Positions 25,182 through 33,906 of a stretch of DNA of 64,000 nt are shown here, in pieces. A model generated the notes under the pieces. It made no database searches and had not been told where the DNA came from. It saw nothing but the letters and a program-made list of their open reading frames with translations. The stretch lies in the IMG/VR virus record IMGVR_UViG_3300045141_000294; one strand, written 5' to 3'. Numbering within the stretch: the first letter of the stretch is position 1; every line of letters starts with the position of its first letter. The position numbers and the translations under genes are program-made. The DNA is from a virus.

Positions 25182-28100
25182 GACGCACCCACCATCGGTG
25201 GGTGGTGGTACTCGTGGGTCCAGTCGACCAGCCGACCCACCGGGTCACTCGGGTGGTACTCCAGGTACTTCCACAGCGCGTTGGAGGGGTCCTTCCAGCC
25301 CTGCCCCTGGGCCGAGAAGGCGTGCCTACGGTCGTCGTGCAACTGCTCGTAGAGCATGGCGCCACGTCGAGCCCGGTCCACCGGGTCCTTGATCTGGCCG
25401 ATGGCGTCGACCAGGGCCAGGTAGGCCTCGGCCTGGTCCCACAGGCTCTCGTCGAAGGACCCCGGCCCCCACTCACTGGACACCTGGGGAGGCTTGACCA
25501 CCCAGCGGTCGGTGTCGACCAGGTAGGCGCTGTAGGGCTTGATGTCACGGATGTTCCAACTGGCCGGGTTGGAGTAGGCGGTGACGTGCCACTCGTGGCC
25601 ATCCCAGGGCGCCAGGTAGTGCTCGTCGTTGTAGGACCTGCGGAACAGCCCGGTGATCTTCGCGCTGATCTGGTCATCGGTCAGGTCGGCGTCATCGGGA
25701 TGGGCCTTGCGGAACTTCCGGTAGTTGACCCCGACCAATAGGTCCAGGTCCCGGTTGCCCGGGTTCCACCAGTACGACGCCGCCCCTCCGGCGATGTAGT
25801 TGCGGCACCAGTCCCGCCAATCCGGGTAGACGCCGCCCACGGCCTGGTCCAGGCGGCCCATGACCACCTTCTTGACCCGGGGCCGCAGGTGCTGGCCCTG
25901 GGTCCACAGGGAGGGCTCCAGGATGCCCTTGGTGGCCGAGAAGATGCCCTGCTTCGGCAACCACGGGTGCTCCTTGGTGTAGCCGGGCAGCAGGGCGGCC
26001 TCGGCATGGCGCAGCACCTCGCACGGCAGGTGGGAGAGCCCGGCGTCGTCGGCTGCGTGGATGCGGTGGTTGCCGTTGAGGACCCGGCCATCGAGGAGCC
26101 GCACATGGTCGTCGTCGTCGTCCACGTCCTCCGCGTTGTAGCCGTGCTGGCTCATCTGCCGGGCGTACTCGGCGACCTTGGCCTCGTCCACCACGTCGCT
26201 GTCGCGGGGCAGGGCCATCTGGAGCAGGTCGGCCACCGGGATGTCCTGGGTGCGACGTCGAGCGGCCTGGTGGTACTTCCACTCGCCCTTGCCGGTGTTG
26301 CCCTTGTCCGAGCGGCCCCAGCGCTCCACCGAGCCGTTGTTGTGGTAGCGGTTCACCTCGTCCAGGAAGTCGTCGGGCTCGTCGTGGATCGCCGCGATGT
26401 GGGCATGGTCGACCCGGCCCGGTCGGCTGCCGGGCTTGACGAAGTAGGACTCCCGGTTCTCGTCGTAGTCGTGGACCGGGTGCATCCGGTCGACGTGGGT
26501 GACCTTGATGGTCTTCGGGTCGAAGGCGATCGCGCAGTAGTGCTGGTTGGGTCCCTCGACGCCGTTGCCGTAGGTGATCCCGTCGTGGCCGTCGTAGCGC
26601 AGTTGGCTGACGTAGGCCCCGGCCATCTCGTGCTGCCGGGGGTGCCACTGGAAGTGCGCCTCGATCGCGCTGTGGGTCTGACGTGGTGAGGCTCCTCGGG
26701 CGATCCGCTGGTTGATGCCCTCCCGGGTGGCGCCGGAGCCGTACTGCCACTGCATGTCGCCTTCGTGCTTCTCGTCGTGGAAGCCGGAGCCCGCGCCGAC
26801 GGTCTTCCAGACGTGCCGGAGCAGCGACTCCTCGGAGTCGAAGTGGATCGGGTTCTTCATCTTCAACTGGGCATGGAAGACCTGGCCGTCCTGAGCCCGG
26901 TGCGGCCCGGCGAAGGAGTGGGCCACCGCGTGCAGGGCCGAGAAGTGCACCCCCAGCAACTTGTTCATCTGCGGGCCACCGGCGCCGTTGCCCGCTGGCC
27001 GATGACCCTCGCGGATCGCCTGGGGGTTCAGGTCCTCGTGGTCCCCCAGCGTGCCGTGGAACCACTCGTTGTGCTCCTCGTGGTACGGGTTCGGGAGGAC
27101 CCCGCTGCTGTCCTGCTTGGCCTGCACCCGCAGCCCGGTCTTCTCCTGGCTCTGGGGCTCCTCGGGCTCGTGCGGGGACTCGGTGCCACCGATGTGCAGG
27201 GCTGAGCCGTCGGAGGTGCGCCACTCGCCCAGGGCCGAGACCCGGTAGCCCCTGGCGCCCGGCTTGGGGTGCACCCGCAGGATCGAGAACTGGCTGGGGT
27301 GGGTCTCGGAGAAGGCCTTGGGCGAGTTCATGATGAAGCCCGGGTCCATCTCACCGGTGCCGAAGTGCTCACGCATCGCGGCGTGGTACTTGTAGTGGCT
27401 GCTGGCGAAGTCCAACTTCTCGTCGTCGTTCATCGGCACCGAGTGCCGGTGGTAGATGCGGCCCTTGGGGGCGTCGAAGTGACCACCGTCCAGGACCGGC
27501 TCGGCGTCGGGGTGCTTCTTCTTGATCTCGTCGGTGGTGTCCATCATCACGCTGTCCAGGACACGGCGCCCCTTGAGGCCCTCGCGGAGCCGGATCGGCA
27601 GCGTGTCGCCGTCCTTCCAGTCCTTACCACCGCCGTACTGGCCACCGACGACGTGATGCAGGTAGCCGCCCTGATGGGCCTCGTCCAGCATGTCCTGGAT
27701 GCTCGTCTTGCCGGTCACCACCGCGTGGTACTCGTGCAGCGCCCGATGGATGTGCCGGGCCACCTCGGGGTCATGGGTCAGCGAGATGGTGTCGGAGTCG
27801 CCGCCGCCCAGGCCCGAGCCGCCGTGGTTCATGTTGAGTTCGTCGCGGCTCTTGAGCGAGCCTGCGGCCAGCACCCCGGACTTGTTGGTCGTGGTGTGCC
27901 ACAGGGTCTGCGGCAGATGCTCCCAGGACAGTCCGTGATGCTCGGTGTCGTGGTAGTAGGCCCCCTGGCTGGTCTGGTCGTGGCCATGGCCCTTGTAGCC
28001 GTTGTTCCAGGCCTCCTGGGGCTCCAGGTCCCCTCGGGACAAGGCACGCCGGACCTCCCGGTCCCAGCGATGACCGTGCTCCCGAGCCCGTTCGGCCTCC

Positions 28101-29206
28101 GAGAAGTCGTCGGGGTCCAGGGCCTGGAGGCGCCGGTGCTCGTCCATGTCGATGCCCGGCTTCGGCTGCTTGTACAGCGGCTCCCCGGAGCCGAAGTGCT
28201 GGAGCAGGGCGGTCCTCATCGGGCCGAGGTGCTCCTTGTCCGGACCCGTCCAGTGGTAGCCCTTCCCCGGGAAGTAGTCGGGGCTGACGACCTCATCCCC
28301 GTGGCGAGCGCTGGTCTCCCCCTGATCGGAGTTCAGGTGCTCCTTGGACTCGTGCAGCCACTCCCAGCGGGAGTGGCTGATCTGGTGGTCGTCGAACGGG
28401 ATCGCGCACCGGTGGCCCTTGGGCGGCTCGTACTCGTTGCCGTAGGTCACCCCGTCGTGGCCCTGGCTCCGGAGGTGCTCCTTGAATCCCTCGACGATGT
28501 GCTCCCGCTCCGGGTGCAGGGTCATGTACAGGTCCAGGTGCGGGCCGGAGGCGTCCTCCTTGCCCTCCGGACGCCGGTCGATGTCGTCGAGGGCACGGCG
28601 CCCCTGCTCGTCGGTGTGGTTGTCGACGTACTGCATGTGCTCGTGGTCAGGGATCTCGGCGTAGTGCCCACCTGAGTCCAGGTGGTCCTCCCACTTGTCC
28701 TGACTCCGGGCCTTGTCGTCCAGGTAGTGGTGGCCGTTCTCGTGCGCCCAGGTGATGGCGTCGCGGGACATGTCGAACTCGGAGTCGTAGTGCTTGGGGT
28801 TGGCCATGTGCAGTTGGGAGTGCGAGATCCGCGACAACGGGTGGTGGCCGTGCCCGCTGAACACATGGGCCACCTCCGGGTCGGAGGTGAAGTGCACGCC
28901 GAGATCGGTGTTCCAGTGCTTGTCGGCGTGCATCCCGTACTCGTCGTGGAACCGGTCCGGGGTCTGCACCCGGCCCCCGGGGTCATGCGGTGGGTGCAGG
29001 GCCGGGGAGGTCAGGTGGTGGGTGGTCCCCACGTCGTAGGCCGGTTCGTCATCACCGACGTACTCGCCGTACTCGTCGTGGAACTCACCGCTGGTGCCGT
29101 GGAACCAGTGCTTGTACCGGGTCTTGGGGTTGCGGTACGGGGCGGGCATGGCGGCAGCCGTCTTCGCACCCAGGGCGAAGAACTCCGCGAGCAGGGGCAT
29201 CGGCAC
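25178..29206 (-). CDS. polyvalent protein 1 (1342 aa): 3 ART-like + ParB-like + Pol-beta nucleotidyltransferase domains
   Basis: Two WFHGT/GVHF/GHDG.TYGN..E domains; LWHTTT..LKSR..ISLT..GEW; NGNHRIHAA; GGAASY..DLDL. Confidence 0.8.
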   Translation of the reverse strand: MPMPLLAEFFALGAKTAAAMPAPYRNPKTRYKHWFHGTSGEFHDEYGEYVGDDEPAYDVGTTHHLTSPALHPPHDPGGRVQTPDRFHDEYGMHADKHWNTDLGVHFTSDPEVAHVFSGHGHHPLSRISHSQLHMANPKHYDSEFDMSRDAITWAHENGHHYLDDKARSQDKWEDHLDSGGHYAEIPDHEHMQYVDNHTDEQGRRALDDIDRRPEGKEDASGPHLDLYMTLHPEREHIVEGFKEHLRSQGHDGVTYGNEYEPPKGHRCAIPFDDHQISHSRWEWLHESKEHLNSDQGETSARHGDEVVSPDYFPGKGYHWTGPDKEHLGPMRTALLQHFGSGEPLYKQPKPGIDMDEHRRLQALDPDDFSEAERAREHGHRWDREVRRALSRGDLEPQEAWNNGYKGHGHDQTSQGAYYHDTEHHGLSWEHLPQTLWHTTTNKSGVLAAGSLKSRDELNMNHGGSGLGGGDSDTISLTHDPEVARHIHRALHEYHAVVTGKTSIQDMLDEAHQGGYLHHVVGGQYGGGKDWKDGDTLPIRLREGLKGRRVLDSVMMDTTDEIKKKHPDAEPVLDGGHFDAPKGRIYHRHSVPMNDDEKLDFASSHYKYHAAMREHFGTGEMDPGFIMNSPKAFSETHPSQFSILRVHPKPGARGYRVSALGEWRTSDGSALHIGGTESPHEPEEPQSQEKTGLRVQAKQDSSGVLPNPYHEEHNEWFHGTLGDHEDLNPQAIREGHRPAGNGAGGPQMNKLLGVHFSALHAVAHSFAGPHRAQDGQVFHAQLKMKNPIHFDSEESLLRHVWKTVGAGSGFHDEKHEGDMQWQYGSGATREGINQRIARGASPRQTHSAIEAHFQWHPRQHEMAGAYVSQLRYDGHDGITYGNGVEGPNQHYCAIAFDPKTIKVTHVDRMHPVHDYDENRESYFVKPGSRPGRVDHAHIAAIHDEPDDFLDEVNRYHNNGSVERWGRSDKGNTGKGEWKYHQAARRRTQDIPVADLLQMALPRDSDVVDEAKVAEYARQMSQHGYNAEDVDDDDDHVRLLDGRVLNGNHRIHAADDAGLSHLPCEVLRHAEAALLPGYTKEHPWLPKQGIFSATKGILEPSLWTQGQHLRPRVKKVVMGRLDQAVGGVYPDWRDWCRNYIAGGAASYWWNPGNRDLDLLVGVNYRKFRKAHPDDADLTDDQISAKITGLFRRSYNDEHYLAPWDGHEWHVTAYSNPASWNIRDIKPYSAYLVDTDRWVVKPPQVSSEWGPGSFDESLWDQAEAYLALVDAIGQIKDPVDRARRGAMLYEQLHDDRRHAFSAQGQGWKDPSNALWKYLEYHPSDPVGRLVDWTHEYHHPPMVGAS

Positions 29207-29227
29207 ACCTCCACCCCTTCGGAGGCG

Positions 29228-29455
29228 TCAGGGCGTCGGAGACAGCGCCTTGAGCAGTTCCTCCGAGGCGTCCTCACCGGCCAGGAACCCCTGACAGGGG
29301 CGCCCGTCGGGTCCGGAGTGACAGCCGATGGCCTTGCAGGGCACATCCGAGCGCTTGGAGTGGAACGAGAACGAGTGGCCGCACCTGGAGCAGCGCTCCT
29401 GCAAGACGCCCATCATGCGCTCCCTCTTGGCTCTATAGGTTTCCTTGGTGACCAT
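29228..29455 (-). CDS. small Cys-rich zinc-binding protein
   Basis: CSRCGH..H..C...C...C; start uncertain. Confidence 0.6.
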   Translation of the reverse strand: MVTKETYRAKRERMMGVLQERCSRCGHSFSFHSKRSDVPCKAIGCHSGPDGRPCQGFLAGEDASEELLKALSPTP

Positions 29456-29463
29456 ACTGTCAC

Positions 29464-29632
29464 ACCCGGCGCCCCAAGGGACAGAACGAAGCCCCCTCCA
29501 CCAGGCTCAGCAGCCGGAGGAAGGGGCTTCGTGAGGCAACTCTGTGTCCGGTCTTCCCGCGCCGGGAGAGCCAATGCCTTCGCCAGAGAGCCGTGGCAGG
29601 GCGCGTACTCGACCGGACTACAGAGGTCGCTC
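29464..29632. ncRNA. candidate small regulatory RNA carrying both conserved leader boxes
   Basis: Stem 29486-29495/29523-29532; stem 29540-29553/29611-29625 enclosing GGAGAGCCA and GCCAGAGAG; promoter-like elements on both strands. Confidence 0.45.
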
Positions 29633-29689
29633 GTGGGAAGCGTACATGTCAGATGCCGCATCAGCAACCACAATGCTTGGTAGGGAGCC

Positions 29690-31762
29690 TCAGTTGCGTC
29701 CTCGGGGACGGCCCCGCTGGTTGCGGCTGGGTGTCATGTCCAGGCGTCCCCGAGCCCTCCCGAACGACGACAGGGCAGCGATCCGCTCGTCCGAGTCATG
29801 GTCGGAGTACATCTCCCGGAACGGCGCCACACCGCCCTCCATGGCCGCCCCTGGCCGGAACGAGGACAGTTCGGTGTGCAGGAAGTTGTTGATCTGCTCG
29901 CCGATCAGGACATGGATGCACTCGGTCATGCAGTCCGCGATGTCCTTGGACTGCACCGGGCCGGAGTCGGGGTGGTCGACCCTGCCGTTGACCAGTTGCA
30001 GGAACCGCAGTTCCAACTCGGCCCGCTCCAGGTACGGCGCATGCACCAGGTCCAGGTTGATCGCGGCCTTGGCGTTCTCCTTGACCTGCCAGTCGTAGGC
30101 CCGGGTGGTGGTCTTCTCGAAGACCTGGACCCGCTTGGGCAGCCGGTTGGCGGGCTCCCGGAGTTTCTTCTGCATCCGCTGGATCGAGGACGTGGAGTTG
30201 TACTGGTCGTAGGTGAACTCACCGGGCATGAACGGCTGGATCACGTTGGCCCACAGGTACTCGTCGACATCCTCGTAGTCGATGATCCCGTCCGGGAAGT
30301 CGGCAGGGTCGAAGGCACCGATCAGGTCGAAGACGCAGTGCGGGCGCTCCTCGTCGTCGTACTCGGCGTGAGCCAGGGCGAAGCCGAACTTGTCGTTGAC
30401 CTTGGACGGGTCGGCGTGGCCCTTGTAGGTGGTGGTGAGCAGCCCCCGGGACTGGAAGGTGATCTCGGGCGGGCCGTACTTCTCCGGGCGCCCGAGCCAC
30501 GGCATGAAGATGTTCTTGACCTTCTGCTCGTTCAGGTAGGCGTCCAGGACAGCCGCCCACTTGGCCCGGCGCTCCACCTTGAACGTCTCCGGGTTGGCCC
30601 GCTCCTCTCGCGCCATCTGGGCGTCATAGACCGAGATGGCACCCCGCAGGTGAGCGAACCCAGGCAGCGGCTCCGGGCTCTCGCCCTCGGGGTCGTACTC
30701 GCCCAGGTCGCCCAGGAAGCCCTCGGGCAGCAGTGGGAAGTCCGGGTCCCCGGTGCGCTCCCAGTCCAGGTAGATGTCCCAGGAGGCCAATTGCAGGGAG
30801 AGCATGTCGGGGTAGGAGAAGGTGCCGTCCGGCTCCTTCTCGTTGGCCAGCAGCCAGTTGTCGTAGAACTGGCCGAGCATCTGCCAGGGGCTCGACGGCT
30901 CGACGATGAAGGCGTCCTTGCCGAACTGGTCGAGAGACGGCTTGGCGGCGCCGTAGACCTCAGAGGCACTGCGGTTGGCGCCGGAGGACACGACGTGGGC
31001 CATCTCGTCGTAGCCCTGCATGAACGAGGTCGGACCACGACCGGCCATCATCGTGGACTCGCGGGGCACGATCGCGAAGGTGGCCTGGTCCCGCTCGGAC
31101 CTGATCCCGCGCTGGACCTGGCGCCGCATCCGCACGAAGTCGTTGGGGGCGTAGATGGTCAGTTTCTCGGTGTGGTCCTGGTTGATGTAGGGCAGGAAGC
31201 ACTCGCTGCCGGAGATCACGTTCACCAGGTCGCCGTACAGGTTGGCCTTGGCCTGGTCCCGCTTGCCCGCGAACATCAGGGCGACCAGTTGCTTGTCCCG
31301 GTCGATCCCGTAGTAGGCCTGGGGGTCGCCCTTGGCCATGTAGCACCACAGCACGTAGGTCATGCACGCTGCCGCGATGTGGCCCTTGCCGCCACGGCGA
31401 CCGGCCACCAGCAGCACCTCGCGGAACCAGCGGTGACCCAGCGCCCGCAGCAGCCGCATCTTCTCCAGCAGGCCGGGCGCCAGGCCCTCGGTGCCGTTGG
31501 AGGCGACGAAGGCGTACTCCCACTCCTCGATGACGGCGTAGTCGTAGTCGGTGAACAGGTCCTCGCGCAGGAAGATGACCTTCACCAGGGTGGCCTGGCG
31601 CGGGTACAGGTGCCCACGGTTCAGCCAGCGTTGGCCGTAGACGAACGTGATCGGGTCCGGCACCTCGATGCCGGTGAACAACTGGTGGAACGACCCGACG
31701 CCGACGGGCAAGGGGTTGGGTGCCTGGGCAGCAACCCCTCGCAACGCCGTGTTGACGCTCAT
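29690..31762 (-). CDS. terL: terminase large subunit
   Basis: Walker A-like VAGRRGGKG, Walker B GYDE, nuclease GHADPSKVNDKFG and SKDIAD motifs. Confidence 0.9.
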   Translation of the reverse strand: MSVNTALRGVAAQAPNPLPVGVGSFHQLFTGIEVPDPITFVYGQRWLNRGHLYPRQATLVKVIFLREDLFTDYDYAVIEEWEYAFVASNGTEGLAPGLLEKMRLLRALGHRWFREVLLVAGRRGGKGHIAAACMTYVLWCYMAKGDPQAYYGIDRDKQLVALMFAGKRDQAKANLYGDLVNVISGSECFLPYINQDHTEKLTIYAPNDFVRMRRQVQRGIRSERDQATFAIVPRESTMMAGRGPTSFMQGYDEMAHVVSSGANRSASEVYGAAKPSLDQFGKDAFIVEPSSPWQMLGQFYDNWLLANEKEPDGTFSYPDMLSLQLASWDIYLDWERTGDPDFPLLPEGFLGDLGEYDPEGESPEPLPGFAHLRGAISVYDAQMAREERANPETFKVERRAKWAAVLDAYLNEQKVKNIFMPWLGRPEKYGPPEITFQSRGLLTTTYKGHADPSKVNDKFGFALAHAEYDDEERPHCVFDLIGAFDPADFPDGIIDYEDVDEYLWANVIQPFMPGEFTYDQYNSTSSIQRMQKKLREPANRLPKRVQVFEKTTTRAYDWQVKENAKAAINLDLVHAPYLERAELELRFLQLVNGRVDHPDSGPVQSKDIADCMTECIHVLIGEQINNFLHTELSSFRPGAAMEGGVAPFREMYSDHDSDERIAALSSFGRARGRLDMTPSRNQRGRPRGRN

Positions 31763-31763
31763 C

Positions 31764-32159
31764 TCAGTGACCGTGCTCCTGGTCCTTGAACGCCTCGGGG
31801 TTGGACTTGATCACGCCGCCATCCCCAATATCGAGGAGATCGTGGGTGATCTCGTGCACCTTCTGATCGTGGTCGAAGGCACCGGCCTCGATCCGGTCGC
31901 GGATCACGATCTCGGGGATCAGGGTGCCCTCGACGTTGGTCTCGTACCAGTTCACCACGACCATGAACCCGAGGTCCTCGAACCGCTCCCGGACCTCCCG
32001 GGTGAACGCGGCGTAGTCGACCCGACCGTCATGGGCCTTGGTGCTCAGCCTCTCCAGCAGTCGCTCGATCTCGATGATCTCGGAGTCGTGTATCTCCACA
32101 CGGGCGGTGAGACCGGGAGCGTTGGAGCCCCCGGCCTCACCCAGGATCGGAATGTTCAT
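31764..32159 (-). CDS. hypothetical protein upstream of the terminase
   Basis: Coupled ORF. Confidence 0.7.
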   Translation of the reverse strand: MNIPILGEAGGSNAPGLTARVEIHDSEIIEIERLLERLSTKAHDGRVDYAAFTREVRERFEDLGFMVVVNWYETNVEGTLIPEIVIRDRIEAGAFDHDQKVHEITHDLLDIGDGGVIKSNPEAFKDQEHGH

Positions 32160-32177
32160 GCGGTCAGGCTCTCACGA

Positions 32178-33188
32178 TCACGAAAGCCTCGAATGGCAGG
32201 TCGAGCACCTCTGAGCGTGGTCGTCGACCAGCCAGCCACCGGCCCGCTCCAGCCGACGCCGGGCGTTGTGCTGGAGGCGCATCTCGGGGTCGTTGGCCTG
32301 GTTGGTGATGTGGTTCACCAGGTCGAACATGGTCGGGTGGTTGCCCTCGAAGGCGATGGAGAGGGTGTCCTCCATGTTGCCGATGGTCCGGTCGGGCAGC
32401 CCGGCCTCACGAGCCATACGCCGGAAGTGGCCGGTGTAGTCGGGGTCGGCCTGGACGTTGCGGAGGTCGTAGAAGGCCGCGATGTCGGACTCCACCCGGT
32501 CGAAGGACTCACCGATGATCTTCTCGAACTCGATCAGGATGGTGGCCGCGTCGGCCCCCCGGGCGTCGATCTTGAGGCCGAGGTCGGGGACCTCCATCCC
32601 GTTGGTGCAGGCCAGTCGGTACATGATCGGCTGAGCCCAGGGCGCCAGGTTCTGCTTGCGGTTCTGGCCGATCCGGACCCCGCCCTTGGTCAGGTCGCCG
32701 ACCTTGGCGTCGCCGCCGATGCCTCGGTCGAAGGCGTCCGGCACGATCGCGTCGAGCCGGAACTCGTCGGCGTTGGTCCACCAGTCGAGGACCGAGGACT
32801 CGGCAGGCATGACGTTGAGGAGGCACTCGACCATCGGCGCCACCTCCATCCGGGTCAGGTTGGCCAGGTAGGCCTCCTCGATCCCGTCCTCGGTGTACTT
32901 GACCACCAGCGGCTTGTCCTCGGACCGGGCGATCCGGTGCTCCAGGATGAACTGCTGCTCGTCGGCGGGGAGGCGCTCCAGGAACTTGTAGGGCACCTCG
33001 TAGAACTGGGCCAGGGCCTGGAGGCCTGCCTCGGTGGCGGGCACCTCGGCACCGACCAGGTCGATCACATGGTCGCGAGTGAGGTCGACCTTGACCTTGG
33101 TGGAGGAGTCGGACCAGGTGTCCCGGTCGTCGCTGGCGGCATCGAGCACCTCGGTGAGGGTGGGAAAGGTGGTGTCGCGGAAGAACAT
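32178..33188 (-). CDS. DUF932-like protein
   Basis: YRLACTNGM motif and typical size; RBS ggagagcc. Confidence 0.7.
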   Translation of the reverse strand: MFFRDTTFPTLTEVLDAASDDRDTWSDSSTKVKVDLTRDHVIDLVGAEVPATEAGLQALAQFYEVPYKFLERLPADEQQFILEHRIARSEDKPLVVKYTEDGIEEAYLANLTRMEVAPMVECLLNVMPAESSVLDWWTNADEFRLDAIVPDAFDRGIGGDAKVGDLTKGGVRIGQNRKQNLAPWAQPIMYRLACTNGMEVPDLGLKIDARGADAATILIEFEKIIGESFDRVESDIAAFYDLRNVQADPDYTGHFRRMAREAGLPDRTIGNMEDTLSIAFEGNHPTMFDLVNHITNQANDPEMRLQHNARRRLERAGGWLVDDHAQRCSTCHSRLS

Positions 33189-33232
33189 GGCTCTCCTAAG
33201 GAAACTTGCGGATGGAGAGCCCACCGTAACAT

Positions 33233-33865
33233 TTATTCATCTGGTGTGGCTACGGTTTCCTCGACCTCACCTGAAACAATCTCATGCTCGCGCTGCTTGG
33301 CCATCAGCGCCTTGAGCAGCGGGTTGCTGGTCAGCCTCCGGGCGAACACGTCCCACTGCTCAAGGCTCATCACCTGCTGAGCCTCCTCGAAGTAGATGAA
33401 CATCGACTGCTGGTAGGCCTCGGTGTCGTAGCCCTCGGTCGAGGTCGACTCGATCCGGTGCCTGAGCCCCATCGCGGTCAGCAGGTCGCCCATGCCGGGC
33501 TCGATCTCCCCGGCCATCAGCCGCTCTTTGCCCCGGTTGATCACCAGGTCGGTGAGGGTGATGTAGTCGGTCAGGTCATCCTCGCCCGCGATCGCCGCAC
33601 CCAGGTCCTCGGCACGCTTCTCGATGATCCGGCGCCGGGCCTGGATCGGTTGCGGCAGATGCCCGTTCGTGACGTGGTTGGCGATGGCCTGGTAGCCGGG
33701 GGGCGGGAACCGCCCGGTCGGCAGTTCCTCCACCTGCTCGGCGATGGCCCGGTACGAGCGGCCCATCAGCAGTTCGTTCTCGATGAACATCCGGTGTGGG
33801 CTCTGGCAGGTGTGGCAGCCCGATGAGGTTCTGACCGGGTAGTCCCGTCCACCGATCCGGATCAT
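33233..33865 (-). CDS. Zn/HTH DNA-binding protein, possible terminase small subunit
   Basis: CHTC..HR..IE..L..GRSYRAIA; position near terL; start could be GTG 33922. Confidence 0.5.
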   Translation of the reverse strand: MIRIGGRDYPVRTSSGCHTCQSPHRMFIENELLMGRSYRAIAEQVEELPTGRFPPPGYQAIANHVTNGHLPQPIQARRRIIEKRAEDLGAAIAGEDDLTDYITLTDLVINRGKERLMAGEIEPGMGDLLTAMGLRHRIESTSTEGYDTEAYQQSMFIYFEEAQQVMSLEQWDVFARRLTSNPLLKALMAKQREHEIVSGEVEETVATPDE

Positions 33866-33906
33866 CGCCGTCGAGGGCGGTCCCGGCGTCGGAGAGCGGC
33901 GCCCGT

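Noticed and set aside
29480-29630. SRP (4.5S) or 6S RNA identity for the hairpin RNA
   Set aside because: It lacks the SRP helix-8 CAGG/GRAA/AGCA signature; no positive evidence for 6S without a covariance search
29574-30098. Plus-strand ORF with a perfect GGAGAGCCA-ATG start
   Set aside because: It runs about 400 nt antisense into terL, the translation is not protein-like, and the start lies inside a strong hairpin
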